DNA of 64,000 nucleotides. Origin: Octopus sinensis (lineage: Eukaryota). How positions within the stretch are numbered: position 1 is the first letter of the stretch; every line of letters begins with the position of its first letter. Made by a program: the position numbers and the translations under genes. This document shows, piece by piece, positions 14,120 through 26,405 of this stretch. The stretch is from positions 109,058,001 to 109,122,000 of the forward strand of contig NC_043000.1 of the NCBI RefSeq assembly GCF_006345805.1, written 5' to 3'. Under the pieces are notes generated by a model that had not been told where the DNA came from, did no database searches, and saw only the letters and a program-made list of their open reading frames with translations.

Positions 14120-14340
14120 TATGTTGAGGGGATGATAGGAGGTTGTTACAGAGACTTTATGGGTAAACCAAGAACGAGATGGTTGGATGATATCCATAGT
14201 CTTCTCAGTTGGTCACGTTAAGGAATTCAGTTGGAAAATGTAATGACAGTTGCTTCTGATGAGAACCTATAGAGATATAGTGCCGGAAGATTCTACACTC
14301 TATAATAGCCCTGCCAGGAATAGTGGACGATGGATGGTTA
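14120..14340 (+). mobile_element. Short decayed RTE-like LINE 3' fragment
   Basis: IGGCYRDFMGKPRTRWLDDI resembles the RTE C-terminal G.R.RGRP..RW.D.I motif. Confidence 0.45.
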
Positions 14341-14894
14341 GCGAGATTATGGAGAGAAAAGTTGAGGTGTAGTATTTGGAATGAAAGTCAAACGGTGAAG
14401 AAAGCTAATGAAGGAAAAGAAAGCGAATGAGGAATGGAAATGTAGATTTAGTACAACAAGAATGAGGATCTTGAAGAGTCTCATTTAGTTCCTCATACAT
14501 TTCTCTATAGCTTGACTGTCCTTGCACCTTGAAAATGCCAACGCCATCGCCAGTGTACAAGGCTGAACTGTGAGGGATGGACGTTTATTGTGAATGTCCA
14601 GCATAAATAAGAGAAAGAAGTGTTGAATAAAGAGTAAATACTCTTTTTCATCCATTAGAATGTTTAGGGTCCATGTGTTACAGACTAGTGTTTGTAATGA
14701 TATTAATAACCGAGTCCCTAAGTCTAGGAAGTGATTTCGATACAGAAGTTTTAAAAGTCTACGACATCAAACTGGATACATTTGTGGGTTGCTTTACTTT
14801 TGACAATGTGAAGCCATTTGATAACAGCTGCCCTGCAATGCGGCGAAACTTCACGAAACTGTGTTTAAAGCTCTTTCAGTTGTACACCGCTCTT

Positions 14895-15014
14895 GTCCTC
14901 TCATCCTACACTCTCTAAAAGTATGGGTATGTGTGTCCTCTCATCCTACACTCTCTATAAGTATGGGTATGTGTGTCCTCTCATCCTACACTCTCTATAA
15001 GTATGGGTATGTGT
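14895..15014. repeat. 40-bp tandem repeat x3
   Basis: GTCCTCTCATCCTACACTCTCTATAAGTATGGGTATGTGT, three near-identical copies. Confidence 0.95.
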
Positions 15015-15134
15015 GTGGGTGTGTGCGCACATTGATTTATCATTGTTTGATTTCAATATCAGTGTCAATCGACACTGGAAAAAGTATATGTATTTGTGAA
15101 GGGAGCTGACTTCTCGTCGACAACCATGATTGTC

Positions 15135-15177
15135 ACACGCTGATGATAGGTAAACACCTTGAAACTCGAGTCCGTGT
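15135..15177 (+). ncRNA. Type I hammerhead ribozyme, apparently intact, predicted GUC cleavage after 15172
   Basis: ACACG-CTGATGA-T-AGGT(AAAC)ACCT-T-GAAA-C(TCGA)G-TC-CGTGT: 5-bp stem I, 4-bp stem II closed by U.U, palindromic stem III ACTCGAGT. Confidence 0.85.
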
Positions 15178-15459
15178 CTATCATGAGTTGAAGACGGGGA
15201 GGATGACTTTCCTTCACAAATACTGAGAGGGCACAGATAGTGTGTCTATAGCCAGCCGGAGGAGATATCTTCCTGGGGCTACAAACTACAGTAGCATCCA
15301 CCCTTAGGGGTTAGCCATATTCAAATGGCAAATATGCGTCACGATAATAATAATAATAATCATAATAATAATAAATAATAATAATAATAGTTTGGAGAAG
15401 GAGAAGGAGGAAGAGAACAACTACTGTAGCAGCAACAAAACAACAATTATAATGATTAA

Positions 15460-15539
15460 CAGTAGTAGTAGTAGTAGTAGCAGTAGTAGTAGTAGTAGTA
15501 GTAGTAAAAGCAGCAACAGCAGTAGTAGTAGTAGTAATT

Positions 15540-15588
<49 letters not shown>

Positions 15589-15630
15589 CAGTAGTAGCAG
15601 TAGTAGTAGTAGTAGTAGTAGTTGTAGTAG
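15460..15630. repeat. (AGT)n/(AGC)n microsatellite
   Basis: Direct inspection; source of the poly-S, poly-L and poly-Y ORFs. Confidence 0.95.
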
Positions 15631-15814
15631 AAAAATGAAGGAGAATGCCATTGGTGGATTTGATTCCAAGACATTAATTCGAAGAATAAAATGAATGATG
15701 CGAAAAAATGATGTGTTTTGGCTGATTTAAAATAACTTTTGAAAAATCCTTGCTGGCTTTGTAGAGTTTCCGTAATGCTTATTTTGCATGTTTTATTAAA
15801 TTGAAACGGGAGGG

Positions 15815-15866
<52 letters not shown>

Positions 15867-15968
15867 ACACACACATCCACACACAATCACACATATTTAT
15901 ATATATGTTTACAGCCCATGTATATATGTATGCATGTTTATACATATGTATATATATATATGTTTATA

Positions 15969-16013
<45 letters not shown>

Positions 16014-16025
16014 ACATACGTATAC

Positions 16026-16064
<39 letters not shown>

Positions 16065-16129
16065 TGTATAAAAGAATGGTTACACTTTGTATAAGTACAT
16101 TCAAAAAGAAAAGGTACCTCAATACATTT

Positions 16130-16770
16130 TGCAAAACGAAGCCATATATAATGAGCATATACAATATCTGACATAAATCTGCAATTTTAAGCTGACAACG
16201 ACCCAGTCCCTCAATGAAATTCTCTTGGCGATTCTTCGCTATATTCTTAGACAAGAACACATCTAACGCAATCACCACTTATTATAACAAAACGCTGGCT
16301 AAAAGTAGCTTCAGTGAAAAATTAAAATTTACGGAAAACACTACATTAACCTCTCACATGAGGTAAACCAGAAAGTAATCCGGTTTAATCCACGAAATAA
16401 TTTGGACACAAATACAAACTTAGCCAATAATTTCCTCTTTCTAATAAGTGAACACTTCCTCTCTGTTAGATAAGTATAACAATTTTTCGACAAACACATA
16501 ACATTAATTCGAGGATATCTTTTCCCAAACACTACAACAGGAAACATACACCGCACAGTTCTCATCCCATTACCAGCTTGTTACAGATGGAATTCGCCAT
16601 CCAAAGTTTCCGCTTCTCCAAAGGAATTGTACATGGCGGTACATACCATGCCTGGATGTAAATGAAAAGAAAACAAGCACCTTCGTACATTTAGAGCAAG
16701 GAGCCGAAACACTTGCATTTTCCTCTCCCAATTTATTTGGAAACCCAAAACCAACCATCCAAACACACAC
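16130..16770 (+). mobile_element. Decayed PLE fragment of the YRDD/WFNPP type (post-RT region)
   Basis: Frames read YYNKTLAKSSFSEKLKF and RKVIRFNPRNNLDTNTNLANNFLFLISEHF, the same region type as 17480-18310. Confidence 0.6.
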
Positions 16771-16772
16771 TA

Positions 16773-17060
16773 GTGGAGGCACATGACCTAGTGGTTAGAG
16801 CAGCGGACTCGCAGTCGAGGGATCGCGGGTTCGAATCTGAGACCGGGCGATGTGTGTGTTTATGAGCGAAATACCTAAGCTCCACGTGTCTCCGGCAGAA
16901 GGTAAAGGCGAACTTCTGCTGATTCTTTCGACACAACTTTCTCACACTCTTTCCTCCTGCATCTTGCAGCTCAACTGCGACTGACTGGCGTCCCACCAAG
17001 GAAACCAGCAAACCGGCCCCATGAGCCAGGCATGGCTCGAGAAGGAGCCAACAACAAACA
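16773..17060 (+). mobile_element. tRNA-derived SINE, family A (tail type 2)
   Basis: Head GGAGGCACATGACCTAGTGGTTAGAGCAGCGGACTCGC…GGGTTCGAATC; colinear with the 2224 copy up to ACAACTTTCTC…CCTG, unrelated after that. Confidence 0.8.
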
Positions 17061-17189
17061 CACACTAATAACTTGCAATATCACGAAAGGTGTTAGCATG
17101 CATCAACCGATTACAAAATTAACAGCTTTGCCCAACAGAAAACTAGATTTCTGATACTGAAACAGGGCACTTGTTTAATTACATTCATC

Positions 17190-17470
17190 AGAAGATAATT
17201 TTACTACAGAGTTTACAGAAAGTTTGCATCGGTTGTCACATTTTGCTACTTCTACATCTCTGTCTCTTTTGTGCATCAGGTATTTGGTTGATATTACTTG
17301 TTCCTGGATTGCAGATACAAACCCTTCAAAGTGGGTGGCAGGAATCCGGTTGTTGGTCCATGATAGAATGCTTTCATGATCAATGTTACTATCATCTCGA
17401 AGCTTTCTACAAACATATCCATGCATGCTCTTCTGCTGATATACGTTCATCTTTTCATATTTGATAATAC
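17190..17470 (-). mobile_element. R4/Dong-like fragment (post-RT region)
   Basis: KSMHGY..IDHESILSW..FEGFVSAIQEQVISTKY..CDNRCK matches the R4-type K.HG..EG...AIQDQ.I.T..C..C pattern. Confidence 0.75.
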
Positions 17471-17479
17471 GTTGCGGGA

Positions 17480-18310
17480 GAGTCGGGTGGTTTATTTGGG
17501 TATGTATGCAAAGAGATGATTTGTGAAAGGTTTTTGGTGCTTGAAAAACCTATCCTAATTCGGTGTGAATTGATAATGGAATGGTATCTGGAATTTTTTG
17601 GAAAATTCTTATCTATAGCTTCACGAAACTAATAAAGGAGGTTGGATTTGATCTGCTTATCTTTGGAATGATCAGCCAACTGTTTTACTAGGACACATCC
17701 TGTTATTAGGGTAATCTTTAAAAGTCTTAAACTTGATTTTATTACGTATAACGAAATATAAAGAACGGTTACCTCCCTTACATTGCAAAATCACATTTTG
17801 TTGTTATTCGAACTGAAATTGATATTGTTGTTACCGTTATGATGTATTTTCATGTCCTGATTAATAGAGGCAGAATTAATGTCAATAGGGTTAATATAGG
17901 TAATTTTTTCTTTATAGCCTACTTTAAGTGAGGCAGAGTTATAAAACTCGGCTTTATCGTTGAAGATATCGACATTGGCAGATAATCTAGAAAGTCTAAG
18001 TGAAATATTTCTAACTAAATTCCTTGTAATAGTCTTTGAATGATTACTGAAAGAGCTACTAATATATTTTAAATTAGTTGAGGGTTTATGGTATGGGAAA
18101 TATGAATCATTATGTAAGTTAAGGGTAATATTAAAAAAGTTGGCTTTAGTTATATCATCGTTAAAAACAAAGCCCATGTTTCGGGAAAATTTAACCAACT
18201 TATTTGTAACCATTTGTAATTTTTTGTTAGAAATATTTTGAAGGTAGAGTAGACAATCATCACGATATAGACTTCCATAGATGTCTGGGAATTGGTCAGC
18301 CATTTCATAA
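17480..18310 (-). mobile_element. PLE RT C-terminal fragment with YRDD catalytic motif
   Basis: GSLYRDDCL..ANFFNITLNL..YFPYHKP..LKYIS..SNH..ISLRLSRLS..VGYKEKITY, then FREAIDKNFPKNSRYHSIINSHRIRIGFS. Confidence 0.85.
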
Positions 18311-19265
18311 AGGATATATATACCAAAGAGCAAAAGAGATACCTATACAGCAACACGAAAAAGGCGAATCCATCAAAGGAAATACCATTTCTAGTAACAT
18401 ACAATCCGCATCACCAAAACATTTTTAAAATCATCAAAACAAATTTGGCAATCATAAAACAAAGTGAAAAATTAAGAAAACCATAATAACTAATCAAACA
18501 CTTATCTTAAGCAAAAGGCAACCACATAACCGAAAGAAACTATCAACAAAGGCAAAATTCAACATGAACAAACGGGATAATACATTCACAGTATCCAAGT
18601 GTAATGATAACAGATGTGGAACATATCAATACATGCATATTGGTAGATACATTAGAACAAAAAATGGACAGATTTCCGCAAATGCAAATATGAACTGCAA
18701 AAGCATAAATTTGATCTACCGCATTAAAAGCCCGAATTGTGAGGAATTATATATAGGCGAGACAAGGAATGAATTATTGGAACGCTCACGAGTCCACAGA
18801 CAACAAATCCGGAACACCAATGTTTGCCAAATTCCTTTGAGCGAACATTTAGAGACATGTGGTCAGAAGATGTTTCTAATTTTTCCTTTCCGCAAACTAC
18901 ATGACACAAGTGAGGTTGGAAGAAAGATAAAAGAAAAACGGTTTATTAAAATGTTCAAACCTGTTCTGAACGGAAATAACAGCAATAATATAACACCCAG
19001 TTAATGATGTGGATTAATAGATATAAACTAGTTACAGAATACCGGGTACGCCTGACAAACTGTGGTGTTTAAGAGCATGCGGATTGATGAAAAAGGTTTT
19101 CTAAAAATTCAGCGTTCTAAGAGGCACTAAAGTTGTCAAGAACTCAACTGTCAGTTAAACACATTTGAAATCTGATGAATACATCATGTATAGAAGCGTT
19201 AATTTTGTTAAAATACCATCATAAAAAACGTGAGAACCAGACTATATTTTAAGTTTATTCAACTT
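18300..19265 (+). mobile_element. PLE 3' fragment: RT thumb, GIY-YIG endonuclease and 3' region
   Basis: IPFLVTYNPHH; CNDNRCGT..MNCKSINLIYRI..CEELYIGET..ERSRVHRQQI..SEHLETCG..IFPF..KEKRFIKMFKPVLN; degenerate HHR at 19168-19205. Confidence 0.9.
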
Positions 19266-19319
19266 ATGTGTGTGTGTGTGTGTGTATTCGGTGGGATCTA
19301 TGACTACTTCTCCCAATAG

Positions 19320-19770
19320 GCGCAAGAGTGGCAGAGTGGTAAGTATGCTTCACAAGGGTATGGTTCAGGGTTTAGTCGCACTGCGAGAGATGTTGGGCAA
19401 ATGACTTTTACTATAGACTTGGGTGGGCCAAAGCCTTGTGAATGGATTTGGTAGACGGAAACCGAAAGAAGCCCGTCATATATGTGTGTTTGTGTGAGTG
19501 TGTGTATTTGTGTGTGTGTGTATGTGTGTGTGAGTGTGTCTATGTGTGTGTGTGTGTTTGTGTCAGAGGTTGTTCCCCAACGCCGCTTGATAACTGGTGT
19601 TTGTGTGTTTGCGTCCCCAAATCTAGCGGTTCGATAAAAAAAAAGACGGACAGAATAAGTACCAGGCTTTCAAAAGAAAAAGTACCGGAGTCAATTCATT
19701 CCACTAAAATTTCTTCAAGGCAGTGCCCAGCATGACCGCAGTCTAATGACTGAAACAAGTAACAAATAAA
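19320..19770 (+). mobile_element. SINE family B
   Basis: Colinear with the 5730-6165 copy. Confidence 0.8.
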
Positions 19771-19819
19771 AGACATACACACACCCACGTGTGTGTGCGC
19801 GTGCACCTGTGTGTGTGTG

Positions 19820-19850
<31 letters not shown>

Positions 19851-21375
19851 GAATGCATACATGTACACAAACGCCTCAATTCCGACCTTCCTCTTCGTTC
19901 CAGTGACGTTTCAACGAAAGCAGTATCAGACAAAGGATGAAGATTGCATCATCTCATGTTCTTCGTTTTTACTTTACATTCTATCATTTTTATTTTATTC
20001 TATTCATTTTATAATTTATTTCATTCTATTTCTGTTTTCCTCAAAAAAAAAAAAAAAATGTGGTGATTAGCAGAGAAACTAATTTCAAATTTTTCATTAA
20101 GTGCTGACATTTGTGCCACAGAGTTTTAGACTAAATTTAAGGCATGCGAAGTAAAATAACTTTGGAGCAGTATTTTAATGAAGAATCGTGGTTTAGAATT
20201 TCAGGTAAGAACCGTGTATTATCAGTAGTCACATGTTAGTATTTATGGGTACACATGTACATAAGCGTGTGCTTGCGTGTGTATGTGTATGCTTGTGTGA
20301 GTGTGTGCGCAGCACGTATGTGGTTTTGCATTGATGTATATCTCTCTTTGTCTCGATGTATGCGTGCGTGTGCTTGCGTGTATGTGTGTGGGTGAGTGTG
20401 TATGTTCACGTGCGTGTGTGTTTGAGATACACAGATAAACACATACACTCACGGATGTATAGCGGTCCTGTGTAAGATATTCACTTTGCAACCATGCGGT
20501 ACCTAGTTTATCACATTGTGTTGTGATTTGATCAATCCCTTGTGAGCCAATTGTTAAACGGAAACTGTTTCGAAGCCCACCGCATATATATATATATATA
20601 TATATATATGAAAGAAGGTTTGAAAATGTAATTTCAAAGATGTTTATTCACTTGACTGGTTTCACTTTTTTAGAGAAAGATTGTCAAAAGTAAAATGTAA
20701 GGCTTTGTATAAGCTTTGTTGTGTTAAGTATTTGTTGTCACAGTAGTAGTAAAATACATATATACATTCTTTGATTATAATAAGAAAATGTTAAAAGCAG
20801 TTTACAAGAAAGTGTTTAAGATAATATTCAGCAAAATGTATTAGGAGTTCAATAAAACTCATGTTTGTTTGGTAGTATATATACACAGAATGAGATATAT
20901 TTAAGAGTTTACAAAGAATTTGAGAGGAACCAACCTGTTTTCTTGGAATTTTTTATTTTGTGTGTAGCTAAGGATTGTTTGCTATTTTAAGGGACAGCGT
21001 CGGAGGTTGGTTCGGGTGGGGCGAAGGAAGAGCAATGTGGAATTAAAAGGAGTTTTTTGTTTCTGGGCTAGTCTATCGTGGTTCAGTGGTTTTGGGGACT
21101 GGTCTAAGAGGTCAGAATGGTGTGAGTGTGTGTGTCTCTGTGTACGTCTCTCTATGTGTGTGTATATACATGTGTTTGTGTTTGTGCGTGTGGGCCGTCT
21201 TTGATTGGTCCCAGAGTTTATTGTGGCACACACATACATACACACACAAACGTGCACACATATACACACACCATCCTGCCAAATATAAAACATACACAGA
21301 CCCATTTACACACACCACAATAAACTCTGGGACCAATCAAAATCGACCCCTCCACTCACAAACACACATATATAT

Positions 21376-21609
21376 ATATTCTTTACTACCCACAAGGAGC
21401 TAAACACAGAGGGGACAAACAAGGACAGACAAACGGATTAAGTCGATTACATCGACCCCAGTACGTAACTGGTACTTAATTTATCGACCCCGAAAGGATG
21501 AAAGGCAAAGTCAACCTCGGCGGAATTTGAACTCAGAACGTAACGGCAGACGAAATACGGCTACGCATTTCGCCCAGCGTGCTAACGTTTCTGCCAGATC
21601 GCCGCCTTA
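21376..21609 (-). mobile_element. tRNA-derived SINE, family C, full length
   Basis: Minus strand AAGGCGGCGATCTGGCAGAAACG…GAGTTCAAATTCC…CTTTCATCCTTTCGGGGTCGATAAATTAAGTACCAG…GTAGTAAAGAATA; high identity to 52345-52573. Confidence 0.88.
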
Positions 21610-21619
21610 TATATATATA

Positions 21620-21745
<126 letters not shown>

Positions 21746-21755
21746 CATATATATA

Positions 21756-21825
<70 letters not shown>

Positions 21826-22189
21826 ATATACACACACACATAGAGACGTGCACAGAGACCGATAGACAGCTGGTGCTGGTTTGTTTACGTCCTCGTAACT
21901 TAGCGGTTCGATCAAATTACCAGACTTAAATAAGTGCGGGACTTAAAGTAAATACGCACGGTTGTCAATTCTTCTACGAAACCCTTTACACTGGCGCCCC
22001 TCACCCCGGTATGGCTGCAGTCTAATCACTGAAATAAGTAAAAGATGAATGCTAAAAGATAAAAGCAGAAATGGTGACTTGGCAGAATCATTAAGTGTTG
22101 GGTCGAATGCCTCACTGTATTGGTCGCAATTCTCGATGCCCCAAGTTCTAATCATGTCATGATCAACTTTCTTTTTCCTCTTTTCTAAC

Positions 22190-22560
22190 CAACTAAAAAA
22201 ATAGGTACCAATCTAGTGTGGCAGACTGTTGGAACTGTTACGAGGTGGGACCAGATGTCTGTTTCAGTCCTTTGTGTTCTGACAGCCAGCGACGTTTGCG
22301 ACGACATTTGGTGCCAAGCTGTATCAGTCAAATTCCGGCAGCTTATTGTTTGGATAAACATCGATGGGATGGAGAGAGAAAAGACTTGTATGTATGGACA
22401 GCTGTCAGCTTTCTTTAAAACTTTGTTCCAGACCTGCACACGCATGCGCTGGTTCTTGACCAACCTTGACCGATGGAGGCCTTACATTTGTAGCAGGTGG
22501 ACTGAAGACGTTGAGTTTCTCTCACAGACCATTATCCAATCATACTGTGTTTGTCGGCTG
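22190..22560 (-). mobile_element. Decayed RTE-clade RT C-terminal fragment
   Basis: Frameshifted pieces (KASIG.., RVQVWNKVLKK..YIQVFSLS) fit the RTE KA..AF.RL..RVW..L..TK..VY...LS region. Confidence 0.55.
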
Positions 22561-23358
22561 ATATTGAAATGCACTCTGCTGTCTTCGTTGCTCTCGTGGC
22601 AAATAAAGTATCATTACCATTCGTTATGTCCAAAAGAAGCGGAATTAGTTTAAAATAGCAAGCTGTGTATCATACCTAATGTAGATACTTCACGGAAAGG
22701 CAAATTAACTGCGGTGTTCGTCCTGGGATGAATTCGTAACATTGTACTTCTATAAGAAACATTTCAGCATGAATGCCGCAGTTAACTTGGCTTTCTGTGA
22801 TGTATCTGCGTTACGTATAATATACAGATTGCTATTATTATCGTTATCATTATAATTGTTGCTATTGTGGTGGTTGTCTCTACTGTTGTTATTGCCGTTG
22901 TTATTAGTTTTTCCACAAATATGCAACATGTCTGACATCTCCTGTCAAAACAAACGTTATTAGAATACAAGAATGTTTTACGGTTTGTTAAGCTAGGATG
23001 GTATACTGACGATATTGTTACTAAGTTGGGTTTGATGTTGAAGAGTGTGGAGAGTGGTGGCGTTGGGGAACACGACGTAAACAGTAAAAATGATGTTGCC
23101 GGAAACGCATCTACACACTCAGGCAGAAAGATGGCGGAAATGGGGAAATGATGATGAGAGGTAGAGTCAGGTCATGTAAATGGATGTCGTAGATCTCACA
23201 TTCTGTATACATGGACAGATGTATATTATATACAATATCTATATAATTAGGTTAATATGTAACTACACACGTATCTATAAAGAAATATACGCACCTATGT
23301 ATGTATGTATGTATGTATGTATGTATGTATGTATGTATGTATGTATGTATGTATGTAT

Positions 23359-23460
23359 GTCATTAGTCAGTTTTATTTCAATATTTCTTGTCAATAGAGA
23401 AAGAACCGGTTTCTAACCTAAATCCAAGGCTCCTTCATTGGAATTTTAACATCAGCAGAA
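23359..23460 (+). repeat. ~100-bp dispersed repeat embedded in (TATG)n
   Basis: Reverse-complement copy at 60144-60246 (…AATAGAGAAAGAACCGGTTTCTAACCTA.ATCCAAGGCTCCTTCATTGGAATT…). Confidence 0.9.
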
Positions 23461-24029
23461 TATGTATGTATGTGTGTGTGTATGTATGTATGTATGTATG
23501 TATGTATGTATGTATGTATGTATGTATGTGTATGTATGTATGTGTGTGCGTTTATATATGTTTACATGCATGAATGTGTATTTATGTATGCATGTATGTA
23601 TGTCTATATGTATGCAAGTATATATGTACGTAAGTGTGTACATATATACGTATACACACATGTATGTATATATGTAAGGATGCATGTATGCAGGCCGTCA
23701 CTTTATGAAGCCTGGTACTTGTCAAAATGACCAATAATCTCCGAGGTGAAAGTCGTCTGGAACAGACCAGACAGTTGACTTTACTCGATGCTTAGCGTTT
23801 CGTTTCGAGCGTTGTTGTTCTGCCTCACCACGAATTCTCTATCCATCGATCGCTTTGCCCGATTGATAGAGATCTGTGTGAGCATGACACTCGACACAAA
23901 TGCCATTCTCTTAGCTATGTTCTATGCGTCAGCCAAAAGTGTAGCTCCATCGTCAAAGAGACAAAACGGTAGGAAACGTGTCTTAGAGCAATGACATTCA
24001 TTCTTCTAGGAATATTCTCAGATGTCAAA

Positions 24030-24252
24030 GTTTTAGCCCTTTAGTATTCACATTATTCTACCAAATCTGATGCTTGTTTATTCACATTGCATTGAATTAA
24101 TCCTGCATTATCTCATAGCTGTGAGATTTCTGCAATGTGACTCTTTACTTTTGGAATAATATTGTAGGATAGGGTAAGAGGCTGGATCTGACTGGTTTTG
24201 AACAAATAGGGGGTAAAATATTTAGGCCGGATATGGCCGGTTTGAATGCTCA
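24030..24252. mobile_element. Possible decayed MITE
   Basis: Resembles, from memory only, a common TTAA-flanked octopus repeat (CCCTTTAG.ATTC…GGCCGGTTT.AATGCT); termini decayed. Confidence 0.35.
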
Positions 24253-26370
24253 TTTCTGCCACAAGTACTGGCACAAGACACATTTTCAGATTTTTAGAGA
24301 GAATTTAGTTGATTTAATAGACCAAAAATGCCGAACTGGCACCAATTTCTTTCATTTTAGAAATCTGTAAAGCAAAGTCAGTCATAGCATAATTCTGTGA
24401 ATATAACTGAATATTTCAAGCCAATTTGTTACTTTTACGCAACCACGCTGCTCTTCGTACATTCTGCCATATTCAAACATCTACAATTATCCTCCAAACA
24501 CATTAGTTTTGTGTCACGTTCTGTAAACGACTATGTGTGATATCAAGAGCCATGGTGCAACTGTATAACGAAGCGTATGATCCTGGGAAAGCAAGAATTT
24601 AACGTGAATCTAACCAGTTATCCAAACCATTTTACGTCCTTGAGAAGGAAGGAATAAACACCCCTTCCTTTAATTCTGTCCTCTTCAGAATAGTGTGTAC
24701 ACGGAGTATTTACATTTGTGAAAACAGTAGAAGCTCCAAATAACATATTTTTATCAATAACTCGTCCGCTTTAACTGCCTTCCTATTTTCAGTGATTATA
24801 TTCGAACGTGATTATATTTAAAATTTGCCTTTGTCTTTACCAATGCATTTATAATATAATTACCAAGAATCTCAGGTATATGACCAAAGTGTGAGTCATA
24901 TTTTATCATTTACATGGCATATTTAATCTTGCGTCATTTGCGAGAGAATACTCTGGCGATAAAACGCCTCCTTATAAAATACACAATTTTAATTTAGTAC
25001 AGAATACTAATTTATACACTTGTTAATTGTGCTGCTGTTAATGAGGTCCTGGTTCCTGGAGAGTTCCTGAGCTTTGAGGAGTGTGGAACCAGCTGTTTGT
25101 CACAACTGTTCTCAGTCGTAGCACCTGTCAAGATCATCCCAGTTATGGATTAATTAACATGTCACTCAATTGTTACCGGAAGGTGTTTCACTCACAGACG
25201 TCCCAACGGACCCAGGATAGATGAGGCTCTTCTCTTTATTGCTCACTTGCATCCTGACAACCACAAGGACCATGGCACTTGTTGCACCACAGTAATACAA
25301 GTTTTGAAGGACGGGAGCGGCAGAGAGAGAGAGAAGTGGGCTCTAGCTCTGGATAAACCATGCGCAGCAACATCACCACACTTTCTTCATAAGTCCAGCG
25401 GGGCTAAGGAAGAAGGCGACAGGGTCATGTAGAGAATGCCACTGGAGGTCTTCAGCCTTGACCCTACACACAGGCAACTTGATAGTGGTGGTGGTTTTCC
25501 AAAGACCCGGGACTCTGTTTAGCTGATGAAACCTCATTTATCGATGCTGCGTGAGAGTCTAGTCAGTCTGTTACTGATTTCAGTTGTGATTTCTATGTTT
25601 ATAACCAGTTCAAGCAGACAAGAGTGATACCAGAATAAATTTAGAAATATATAGAAGAAACACACAAATTCTTTAAGCGGAATGTCGACAACTAACATAG
25701 TTCAAACCGTTTACTCCCTATCAGTTCCAGCTTCTCACAAAAAATTCACTCTCTGCTGAATATAAAATAATGATAAAAAAAATATCAGTGAAGAGGACGG
25801 TTCTTTCCCCTATCATCATAGATAAATAAATCAAATGTAAAACTTACATGCTAACTTCACTGTTTATATATCAGCAGGAGTCTACATAAAACCAAGAATA
25901 AAAATTACATGATAAAAATCAACCTACTTCCGGATCCTGTCGAAATCCTCTGCGGCCACCGGGTGTCAAGCATCAGAAAACAGCCAGGATATGTTACGGG
26001 TAGTTAGAAATGCTAATTTTCCTTCAATTTCCTCCTATTTAAATGTCTGCTGTTGTGTCTGCTCTCTTACTTTTTGCGTTTAAAATCTTTATTTTTATTT
26101 TCATGTACACCATGTAAATGCTATTTCATGTATACGTCTGTATATACATACTTATAGGAATGTAACACACACATATGTGAGCCTCTGTTTGTGTGTACGT
26201 GTGTATATATATGTGTGTATATATGTGTGTATAATTATATCCATACGTGTGTATGTGTGTGTGTATGTATATGCATGAATATATATGCATCTGTTTGTAT
26301 AATTTGGTTCAAGACTATAAATTTACATGACAGTAGGCATGTATGTGTTTATGCATGAGGGTATATATAT

Positions 26371-26405
<35 letters not shown>

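Noticed and set aside
14895-15014. 40-bp repeats as a CRISPR-like array
   Set aside because: No unique spacers; contiguous tandem copies in eukaryotic DNA.
15392-15860. Poly-Ser, poly-Leu and poly-Tyr proteins
   Set aside because: Trinucleotide (AGT)n array read in different frames.
25040-25560. GC-richer segment, possibly a decayed RTE RT (SLIYPGS ~ F.YLGS) or ribozyme-bearing UTR
   Set aside because: Similarity too weak to call by eye.
24500-26000. Possible two-exon minus-strand gene (donor AA|GTAGGT at 25928/25927; acceptor TTTCCCAG|GA at 24583/24582) giving MLDTRWPQRISTGSGRSYASLYSCTMALDITHSRLQNVTQN
   Set aside because: Short, no recognisable homology, and such splice signals arise by chance; needs RNA-seq junction reads.
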